DNA from: a virus
Lineage: Duplodnaviria; Caudoviricetes
Virus record (IMG/VR): IMGVR_UViG_3300048554_000080
Coordinates: 1 to 53,371 of that record
Direction: 5' to 3' (one strand)
DNA: 53,371 bases
Numbering within the stretch: position 1 is the stretch's first letter; each line of letters begins with the position of its first letter. The position numbers were made by a program, and so were the translations under genes. The notes under the pieces were generated by a model. That model was not told the origin of the DNA. It ran no database searches and was given only the letters and a program-made list of their open reading frames with translations. Positions 18,632-25,735 of this stretch are shown here, in pieces.

Positions 18632-19566
18632 TACGCGGCCACCGTCAAAAATGCGTCGGACTCGATAAGCTTGGCGACTTCGCGCTCTCGGGCGTCGAGT
18701 GTTATCGCCGTGTTATCGACTTTGCCGGAATTGCGAACCCCGAACCGCTCGGAATTGTGCGAGGCGTAATTAGTCAGCGCCGAGTAAAGGGCCCAAACCG
18801 AACGGCCCCGGGCGTCGGCCTCGCGCTCGAATTGTTCCATCATTTTTTTAACTTTGCGCCCGGCCATATTGTTAGCATTTAGAACCGCCTCGGCCTCGGC
18901 TGGCGTAATTTGTTTGCTGGCCCATTGTTGCCATGTTCTAACCCGGGTTACATATTCGGCGCATTGTTCCTCGATAAACCCGGCGAATATTTCCGGGGTG
19001 AATCCCGAAGTATGGCGGGCGGCTTTGCGGGTATATTCCCCGGCCGTGCATCCATTGGTGCACCATAGATCCTGAGCACCGGCAAACAAGCGAACCGCGC
19101 CCGAACCGTTAAAACTATTAGTTAACCCGATTTTAAATAATAGCTGAGTACTCGACCCGTTTAGCTGGCGGATATCCGCGCCGAGCCCATCGAACAATAA
19201 TTCGATCCGGGTAAACTGGCCGCCATAACTGGCCGACTCTTTAAGGGTAACCCCGGCCAATGCGTGGCGGGGCAATGCCGACTCGGCCCCCTCGGTCATC
19301 ATCTCATATATGGGGCCGTTCGGGGCGATACCATACCGGGCCCCGACAACCCCGAGGGCGTCGCCATTATCCGAGCGGGTAACGGCCCGGCCAATGCTGG
19401 CGGGCAATTGGTCATATACCCCGCCCCAACTATTGGACGTTTCCCGGTTGGTATAAATCGGCTCGAGTATCGCTTCGAAATTTGTTTCGGCGGATAATTC
19501 CGGCCAGTTAAACCCGGGGCGATTGTTTGCAATGTTAAACACGTTGCTGTTGTTTTGAATGTTCAT
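18631..19566 (-). CDS. DUF932-like early protein (true start MNIQNN at 19566)
   Basis: LGVVGARY, NSFNGS, WCTNG, RHTSG and SVWALYSALTNYASH motifs; start defined by the shared RBS motif. Confidence 0.8.
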   Translation of the reverse strand: MNIQNNSNVFNIANNRPGFNWPELSAETNFEAILEPIYTNRETSNSWGGVYDQLPASIGRAVTRSDNGDALGVVGARYGIAPNGPIYEMMTEGAESALPRHALAGVTLKESASYGGQFTRIELLFDGLGADIRQLNGSSTQLLFKIGLTNSFNGSGAVRLFAGAQDLWCTNGCTAGEYTRKAARHTSGFTPEIFAGFIEEQCAEYVTRVRTWQQWASKQITPAEAEAVLNANNMAGRKVKKMMEQFEREADARGRSVWALYSALTNYASHNSERFGVRNSGKVDNTAITLDAREREVAKLIESDAFLTVAA

Positions 19567-19619
19567 AATTATATTTCCTTTGTAGTTAAACGGCCGAGAC
19601 CACCCCGGCCGATTGTTTG

Positions 19620-19649
19620 AGTATAACCGATTAATCCGCCCCGAGTAAA
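19620..19649 (-). promoter_or_regulatory. Early promoter P2
   Basis: TTTACT-18 nt-TATACT; spacer shares CGGG..ATTAAT with P1. Confidence 0.65.
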
Positions 19650-19669
19650 GGGCGTTATTAATGTAATAG

Positions 19670-19777
19670 CTAAAGCGTCCCGGCGGCCCACGAAAGCACC
19701 CACCACCAAAAGACACAAAAGCCAATGACGGTATAAAGCGGCCGGATTGATCCGAGCGGGTCTTTTTCTTTTTTCAT
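19670..19777 (-). CDS. 35-aa membrane peptide, below ORF-track cutoff
   Basis: ATGA overlap with the upstream stop; MKKEKDPLGSIRPLYTVIGFCVFWWWVLSWAAGTL. Confidence 0.55.
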   Translation of the reverse strand: MKKEKDPLGSIRPLYTVIGFCVFWWWVLSWAAGTL

Positions 19778-20556
19778 ATGGCAACCGCCAAAATGCGCTC
19801 GGCATGTTTCGCCCCGTTACCGTGAACCACCGCCGCGATATTGGCGGCCTTAGTTCCCGAGCCTTGGCAAAGTTTGCATTTTTCGCACGTTGTGCGCTGG
19901 CCGCCCTCTTTAGTCGCCGGGCATATAATCTCACCCTTTGCTACTTTATCGGCCCCGGTTATTACCCGGAACGTGCGCCGACCGGCGGCCCAATGTTTGC
20001 GAGCGTCGGCCAAACTGTCGGCGGATATCATACAAGCGGCCGCGATAACATCCCGGGCCTTTTTATTAATAAGGGCGAATTGGTGACTATACCCCGTCCA
20101 GCCCTTGGCGTTAGTTAATAGGGCCGACCATATAGCATGGGGCACCGCCGCCGGGTCACCATAGGCACCGAGGCGGATTGTTTGCCCGGCCCCATAATCG
20201 GCCAGCGCCCCGGGCTCAATTGTAGGATACCGGCCGCGTTGTAATGTTTTCCATATATTAAGCGGGGCATGGTAAAGGGTGACATAACAAGGGCGATTGT
20301 TTGCGGTGCCCTTCTCTTTATCCGGGGCCGGTTCACCCTTTAAAGGGCAAGCGCCGCATATGCCATAATCTAACCCGAGCCGATTAATTTCCAGCGGGTC
20401 ACGTTCGGGGTCATCGGCTAAAATCCAAGTTTGCAACATGCCGCCGGTTTTGGCGTTGTTACTTTTAACCGTTGCAATGCAAACAATGGGCGAACCATCG
20501 AGAACCGACGGCCCACGGTAAAGAATACCCGCGCCGGGGTGCTTTGTTTTTTTCAT
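19774..20556 (-). CDS. Cys-rich early protein, probably Fe-S or Zn binding (GP88/DUF7227-like; true start MKKTKH at 20556)
   Basis: SNNAKTG, ICGACPL...CYV, IRLGAYGDP, WTGYSHQ, CPA...TCEKCKLC...VHG; family assignment from memory. Confidence 0.7.
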   Translation of the reverse strand: MKKTKHPGAGILYRGPSVLDGSPIVCIATVKSNNAKTGGMLQTWILADDPERDPLEINRLGLDYGICGACPLKGEPAPDKEKGTANNRPCYVTLYHAPLNIWKTLQRGRYPTIEPGALADYGAGQTIRLGAYGDPAAVPHAIWSALLTNAKGWTGYSHQFALINKKARDVIAAACMISADSLADARKHWAAGRRTFRVITGADKVAKGEIICPATKEGGQRTTCEKCKLCQGSGTKAANIAAVVHGNGAKHAERILAVAI

Positions 20557-20613
20557 AATTATATTTCCTTTGTAGTGTTTAAGGGCCGCCACCACAGCGA
20601 ACCCATAACCCCG

Positions 20614-20641
20614 ATTATATACAAGCGCCACCAGTTAGCAA
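20614..20641 (-). promoter_or_regulatory. Early promoter P3
   Basis: TTGCTA-16 nt-TATAAT upstream of the 20556 start. Confidence 0.5.
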
Positions 20642-20818
20642 GTAACAAAGGGCACAGCTAAACCGGCTAAATTATTTTTTTATTTTTTTATTACACTCCT
20701 ACATGTATATATGTATGGGTATGATTAATGTGGGAATAATGGCGTAACTGTATTTTAGTCTTGACGCGCCAGTCTTTTTTTTAGTACCTCTTTAAAACCA
20801 GAGAGGAGAGGAGAGCAG

Positions 20819-21088
20819 ATGAAAAATGATAGGAAAGTATTAGATAAAAGCATACCTCCGCTAGGTTACGAAATGACAATTGAAGAAGCATGGCAGGGTA
20901 TCGCCAACTTTTACGATGCCATAGAAATAGCTGAAGCCGGGCATCGTGCCGATTTTATTCAACTAAACCATTCTAAAGTAGTCATCAAGGCAGATCGGGC
21001 GGGAGAAAATCCTGATGCGATGATAACAGTCTGCCCTGACAAGTGTCCCGAATATGGGGCACCACATTTAAAATTAGTCGAAGACTAA
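20819..21088 (+). CDS. Hypothetical protein (89 aa)
   Basis: Strong GAGGAGAGGAG RBS; TTGACG promoter-like element at 20761. Confidence 0.7.
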   Translation: MKNDRKVLDKSIPPLGYEMTIEEAWQGIANFYDAIEIAEAGHRADFIQLNHSKVVIKADRAGENPDAMITVCPDKCPEYGAPHLKLVED

Positions 21089-21106
21089 ATCTACCTTCAT
21101 CACAAT

Positions 21107-21219
21107 AAAAAAAGGCCCCGAAACGTCCAAAAAGGATATTCCGGGGCCTTTGGTGGTGCCATTTTAAGGGGGAAGTGGCACCTCGCAGTGTTAAGAGCGG
21201 GAGGAGTACTCCTAACAGT
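21107..21219 (-). ncRNA. Candidate sRNA-A with anti-SD loops (AbcR/cuckoo-like)
   Basis: Promoter TTGACC-17-TAGTCT (21252-21224); hairpin with UACUCCUCCCG loop; hairpin with UUCCCCCUUAAA loop; GC-rich terminator plus U7. Confidence 0.65.
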
Positions 21220-21267
21220 ATTAAGACTACTATAATGCCCTTAGTAGGTCAACACTTATACCCATAG

Positions 21268-21296
21268 TTGACGCGCCAGTTTTTTTTAGTTATCGT
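21268..21296 (+). promoter_or_regulatory. Integrase promoter
   Basis: TTGACG-17 nt-TATCGT; TTGACGCGCCAGT...TTTTTAGT is also present at 20761. Confidence 0.6.
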
Positions 21297-21330
21297 ATTT
21301 ACCGAACTCATAACTTTAAGGGGTATACGA

Positions 21331-22416
21331 ATGACAAAATATTTAGAAGAAAGGACAACGGCGGATGGAAAGGTGTTTTATGCCTTCAACCCATCCCGGG
21401 GAGTAAGAGACGCATTGAATCTGCGTTACCAGAAGTTCCCCAACAAGCGTGATGCTGTGAAGTATTGCCAGCAAGTGGCGCTAGAATTTAGTTTGCACCG
21501 CCGCAAGCATGAAGGCACGATCAAAGTCGATGACGATAGTGTAGAAGGCTTGATTAATTTCTATAAAACCACGCAAGAGTGGATAAAATTAGCTGATAAC
21601 AGCAAAACTTTCTACAATTTACAGCTAAGAACAGCCACAGAGATGCAATTAGACGCATCTAAACTCGCATTTGGTCAAGTAAAGGCAAAAAACATCACTG
21701 CTACACAAGCAGACAAGCTGTTTACGCTTATCCAGCGGGAATATAGCGACCATAGAGCCAGCCACGTCGTTAAAGTACTGAGGAAAGTATACAACGTAGG
21801 CTACCGACACGACAAAGTGCCCGCAAACCCGTTCAGTAATATGAAAATACCCGGCTTGGCTACTCGCAAGGTACTCTGGGAGCCCAAACAGGTGTTTAAA
21901 TTGATCGATACAGCCGACAAGATGGGGTATCCATCTATCGGTACGGTGACTTTGCTTACCTACGACCTCTGTGCAAGGCCCGGGGACATGAGACAACTAA
22001 CGTGGGCGAATTACCACGACAGTCAGTTTGCTTATGTTCAGGAAAAGACTAAAACCATAATGGGGGTAGCCGCTTCTCCTAGGCTCGTAGAGAGGTTGAA
22101 GAAGTATCATCAATACGATTCATCAGATATAGAACGTGAAGGTTGTATTGTGGTCTGTGAGACTACGGCAATGCCGTACAGCAAAGACCTACTGGTCAAA
22201 TACTTTGCCCGGATTAGGAAACAAGCGGGGCTACCCTCGCACCTACAACTACGGGATCTCCGCAGGACAGGTGCAACCGAGATGGCCGAGGCTGGTTGTA
22301 CAGAAGATGAACTGAGAGCCGTTACGGGGCACCAATCCCGTGAGATCTTGGCGACCTACGTCCGACCAACAATGAAGTTAGCAACGTCCGCAATCAACAA
22401 GAGGTTCGCATCGTGA
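21331..22416 (+). CDS. int: Tyrosine integrase (true start MTKYLE at 21331)
   Basis: CARPGD (R), QEKT (K), LRDLRRT, VTGH and TY catalytic motifs; AAGGGG RBS; attP downstream. Confidence 0.9.
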   Translation: MTKYLEERTTADGKVFYAFNPSRGVRDALNLRYQKFPNKRDAVKYCQQVALEFSLHRRKHEGTIKVDDDSVEGLINFYKTTQEWIKLADNSKTFYNLQLRTATEMQLDASKLAFGQVKAKNITATQADKLFTLIQREYSDHRASHVVKVLRKVYNVGYRHDKVPANPFSNMKIPGLATRKVLWEPKQVFKLIDTADKMGYPSIGTVTLLTYDLCARPGDMRQLTWANYHDSQFAYVQEKTKTIMGVAASPRLVERLKKYHQYDSSDIEREGCIVVCETTAMPYSKDLLVKYFARIRKQAGLPSHLQLRDLRRTGATEMAEAGCTEDELRAVTGHQSREILATYVRPTMKLATSAINKRFAS

Positions 22417-22664
22417 GGATGCAAGGGGTGCCTCATTACCCCGACCTCATAATATGTGATTTCTGCGGGAGATCTACTCGCGGAGTCATCTACCCAAACG
22501 AGCCTGATTCGGTTAAATGCACATCATGTCATATGGAATTAACTGATGTAGCAACTAGTGTAGTGGTTAACGGAGAGTGGAAAAACGACCAAAAACGATC
22601 ACTCCACTCCACTGATATAGTTACTGACGCTCTAAATCACTTAGCAAACAATGACTTAGACTAG
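22413..22664 (+). CDS. Small zinc-ribbon protein
   Basis: CDFC...CTSC; GTGA overlap with int; ends 3 nt before the attP core. Confidence 0.6.
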   Translation: MRMQGVPHYPDLIICDFCGRSTRGVIYPNEPDSVKCTSCHMELTDVATSVVVNGEWKNDQKRSLHSTDIVTDALNHLANNDLD

Positions 22665-22667
22665 ACT

Positions 22668-22708
22668 TGGTTGCGGGAGTAGGATTTGAACCTACGACCT
22701 TCAGGTTA
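22668..22708 (-). mobile_element. attP core: 3' half of tRNA-fMet(CAT)
   Basis: Minus strand TAACCTGAAGGTCGTAGGTTCAAATCCTACTCCCGCAACCA is initiator tRNA from the anticodon loop to CCA; 5' half absent; flanked by IHF-like AACAATGASTTA sites (~22648, ~22726). Confidence 0.9.
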
Positions 22709-22796
22709 GGTAGAAGTTCAATAATAACAATGAGTTAACTAGGGGTTTAATGGTTAAGCGCATAACTAATGTAATAGTTGAACTATAGTAAAACTG

Positions 22797-22825
22797 TTGA
22801 CGGATGCTAAAAACCATGTTAAAAA
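22797..22825 (+). promoter_or_regulatory. Promoter of the replication operon
   Basis: TTGACG-17 nt-TAAAAA with extended TG. Confidence 0.55.
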
Positions 22826-22879
22826 AGCGAGGCCGCTCCGGGGCCGAGCTACCCCTAATACTCGTTTTAAGGGAGACTT

Positions 22880-23695
22880 ATGTATAACCGGCAGGAACAA
22901 ATCGAGATAATAAAATCGATTAAAGTAAGCGAAGGGGAATCGAAAACAATCGACTGTCCCTTTTGTTACGGTAAAAAGAAATTCAGCATAACGAATAAAG
23001 ACGGTACCGTTCTTTGGAATTGCTACAAAGCATCATGCTCGATCAAGGGTGCGTATCGCAAAGGAATGACACTGTCCCTGATCAAGAACCGGGTTGGTGT
23101 TAAGAAAGAAACTCTCGGTGAATTTCTGGCAAGAGAGATAAACGAACGTGGACTCACACTTCGACGGATACCCGAGATCCTATCTCAACCAAAGAACCAC
23201 ACCTACGTCATGAATTATCTTGAAGAGAACGGGTGTATACCCGCCTTCGACCAAGGCTTGGTTAAAATACTGTATGCCCCGGCTGACAATCGTTGTTTGT
23301 TTATGATGAACGATGGTAAGGGTGCCGTCGGTAGAGCCCTCGGGGATAACACTCCTAAGTGGATGTCCTACGGAGATACCTCGGGTGCGTTAACTGTTGG
23401 AACCTCGGATGTGGCTGTAATTGTTGAAGATGCACCGTCTGCTTGTGCCGTTGGAGTCATTGATGGGTACGCTGGTGTCGCTATTTTAGGCACTAATTTG
23501 AGTACAAAACAGAAACAAAGTCTCAAAAACTACCGAAAGATTATTATTTGTCTTGACAATGATGCTAAAGGTAAAGCTATAAAGCTGTTAAGGCAATTGC
23601 AAGGGTTAGTAGACTGTACTGTTAAGTTCATTGCTAAAGACCTGAAGTATTGCCCAAGTGAGGAAATAACAAAGGTGTTAGAGAATGAAATGTAG
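22880..23695 (+). CDS. DNA primase (Zn finger plus TOPRIM)
   Basis: CPFC...CYKASC; IVED; AILGT; CLDNDA. Confidence 0.85.
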   Translation: MYNRQEQIEIIKSIKVSEGESKTIDCPFCYGKKKFSITNKDGTVLWNCYKASCSIKGAYRKGMTLSLIKNRVGVKKETLGEFLAREINERGLTLRRIPEILSQPKNHTYVMNYLEENGCIPAFDQGLVKILYAPADNRCLFMMNDGKGAVGRALGDNTPKWMSYGDTSGALTVGTSDVAVIVEDAPSACAVGVIDGYAGVAILGTNLSTKQKQSLKNYRKIIICLDNDAKGKAIKLLRQLQGLVDCTVKFIAKDLKYCPSEEITKVLENEM

Positions 23696-23888
23696 AGGTA
23701 TTGTTGTTATCGACTATGATTTACCCGGAGGGTATAAGCAAGCGGCTGTCGAACAAGAAGCACTCGAAAATACTATCCGTGAGTTAGTTAAGGGTAATCC
23801 GCGAGTGGTTCATTCAGAAGTCGATATTAAAGAACGTAGAGGGGATAAGACCCCAGACATTAAAAAGATGAAGTTACGATCTAGTTAA
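23685..23888 (+). CDS. Hypothetical protein (67 aa)
   Basis: Overlaps the primase stop and is followed by a terminator. Confidence 0.7.
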   Translation: MKCRGIVVIDYDLPGGYKQAAVEQEALENTIRELVKGNPRVVHSEVDIKERRGDKTPDIKKMKLRSS

Positions 23889-23910
23889 TAAATTTTATCA
23901 AACGATTTAA

Positions 23911-23941
23911 AAGGCCCTGTCGAAAGATGGGGCTTTTTTTT
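23911..23941 (+). terminator. Intrinsic terminator
   Basis: AAGGCCCTGTC-GAAA-GATGGGGCTT followed by a T-run. Confidence 0.85.
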
Positions 23942-23995
23942 GTTTTGCGTTCGTGTTACCGTGTAGCTCAACTATAACTTAACTATACGATAACT

Positions 23996-25219
23996 ATGGA
24001 CATAAGAATACTTAAATCACTATTATCATTCGACTTTTATAACGATAACAAGGCCAACTTATCCAAGAGCCTGTTCGAGGATGAGATTCAAGACGCTTAC
24101 GTCACGATCTCCCGAGCCCACGAAAAGCACCAACACGACCTTACCCCGGCTGACATCTTAGCTTTATGGAAGAACCAGAACCCGGTAGCTACCCGGGCTG
24201 ACCAAGAGGCATTCGCGGGGATCATTGACCTAATAAATACCATCGAACCACTTTCCCCGCCTGTAGTAACTGAAGTTATACAAGGGCTATGGCAACGCCA
24301 GATAGGCACCAAGATTGCCAACATGGGTATAGAGGTGGCCGACGGTAACCCAACAGGTATGGAGCGATTGCACCAGTTACTTGAGGGATCCAAAGAAGGC
24401 TTCATGCCTACAGACTTTGGTGAGAAGACAACGAAGGATATTCATGAGCTTCTAGCCGGTGTTACCGACGATAACCGCTGGGAGTTTAATATATCCACGT
24501 TATCCCGGCATGTATATGGGATAGGTGCCCGGGAGTTTGGGTGTGTGTTTGCATTACCTGAGACCGGCAAGACAGCATTCTTAGTCAGTATATGTACTGG
24601 CCCGGGCGGATTCTGCGAACAAGGCGCTAAGGTAATCTACCTCGGTAATGAGGAAGACACTGGGCGTACTATGCTCCGAGCAATACAAGCACACGCTGGT
24701 GTTACCCGGGAGCAAGTAATTGCTGACCCTATGAAAGCCCGGCGTAAGTTTAACGACATTGAAGACCTGTTCGATATGAATGAGATACAGGATTGGGACT
24801 TGGCTAAGATAGAAGCCTACGTCGAGAAAGAACAGCCTGATATACTAATTATTGATCAGGCAGATAAAGTAAACATTGGCGGTAACTTTAACGCAGGGCA
24901 TGAACGTCTGCGTGAGCTTTACCGTCGATTGCGTGAGACCGCGAAGAAATTTGACTGTGCCCTACTCGCGGTTAGCCAAGCCAGTAATGATGCCAAAGGA
25001 CGAACTCGTTTATCGGGCTTCGATATGGAAGGCAGTAAGATCGGCAAGATGGCCGAGCTAGATTTATGTATTGGTATCGGGAAGCATGAAGCCGGGGACG
25101 TTGATGACTCCGAGCCCGACACATCACGTTATCTAACCGTCAGTAAGAACAAGCTGAGTGGTTGGCATGGCACAGTAATTTGCAACATACAGCCGGAGAT
25201 CTCCCGGTATGTGGAGTAA
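23996..25219 (+). CDS. DnaB-like replicative helicase
   Basis: ALPETGKT, GNEE, IIDQAD, VSQAS, EGSKIGK.AELD and VSKNK motifs. Confidence 0.9.
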   Translation: MDIRILKSLLSFDFYNDNKANLSKSLFEDEIQDAYVTISRAHEKHQHDLTPADILALWKNQNPVATRADQEAFAGIIDLINTIEPLSPPVVTEVIQGLWQRQIGTKIANMGIEVADGNPTGMERLHQLLEGSKEGFMPTDFGEKTTKDIHELLAGVTDDNRWEFNISTLSRHVYGIGAREFGCVFALPETGKTAFLVSICTGPGGFCEQGAKVIYLGNEEDTGRTMLRAIQAHAGVTREQVIADPMKARRKFNDIEDLFDMNEIQDWDLAKIEAYVEKEQPDILIIDQADKVNIGGNFNAGHERLRELYRRLRETAKKFDCALLAVSQASNDAKGRTRLSGFDMEGSKIGKMAELDLCIGIGKHEAGDVDDSEPDTSRYLTVSKNKLSGWHGTVICNIQPEISRYVE

Positions 25220-25221
25220 AT

Positions 25222-25734
25222 ATGCTGGTGACACTATCCAAGCAGGACGCCCATAGCAGTAGGATAATGGGTGCAGATACGGTGAAGCTCTGTGAAATGC
25301 AGGGCTTTAAGCCGAGATTAGAGAACGACAATCAAAGTCGTACTGAAGCGAACATTTACGGGTTCAAGGCAGAGTTTGCTGTGGCCCGGTTATTCGATCT
25401 CGAACCCCCAACGATTAACGTGCTGTCGGACGGCGGCGTAGATCTCTGGTGTGGGGATGTATCGATTGATGTGAAGTTTACTAACACAGAGTTCGGCCCG
25501 TTGGTATTCGATCAGATACCAAAATTCAGGGCGCAGATCGCTGTGTTGGTTGGGAGAACCGATGATCCAAAGGTAATGCGGATTAACGGATGGGTAGATC
25601 GTAGGACGTTCAAGCAGGAATGTAGCCCCGCAAATTTCGGATATGGCGACAGACTTAAGATGGAACACGACCAGTTGTTCCCGATTGAAAGCCTATGGAA
25701 ACAATTAATGGAAACTAAATTTAAAGGGGAATAA
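25222..25734 (+). CDS. PD-(D/E)XK nuclease-like protein (start MLVTLS at 25222)
   Basis: GFKAEFAVA...DGGVDL...IDVK; GGAG RBS. Confidence 0.7.
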   Translation: MLVTLSKQDAHSSRIMGADTVKLCEMQGFKPRLENDNQSRTEANIYGFKAEFAVARLFDLEPPTINVLSDGGVDLWCGDVSIDVKFTNTEFGPLVFDQIPKFRAQIAVLVGRTDDPKVMRINGWVDRRTFKQECSPANFGYGDRLKMEHDQLFPIESLWKQLMETKFKGE

Positions 25735-25735
25735 T

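Larger units (their letters stand above)
17500..20660. other. GC-rich, CCGG-rich early-gene island
   Basis: Abrupt compositional shift at the GGGTACCCCCCCCGG tract (~17500) and return to AT-rich sequence at ~20670. Confidence 0.85.

Noticed and set aside
19567-19725. Extended ORF-track starts (19725, 20631, 21268, 25162, 43829, 44797, 48057)
   Set aside because: They run through promoters or neighbouring genes; downstream ATGs have clear RBS or translational coupling
22668-22708. Functional tRNA-Met gene
   Set aside because: Only the 3' half is present; similarity stops within the anticodon loop
22733-22760. CtrA boxes in TTAA-rich intergenic DNA (also ~16403)
   Set aside because: Spacings are N8, N3 or N5 rather than TTAA-N7-TTAA
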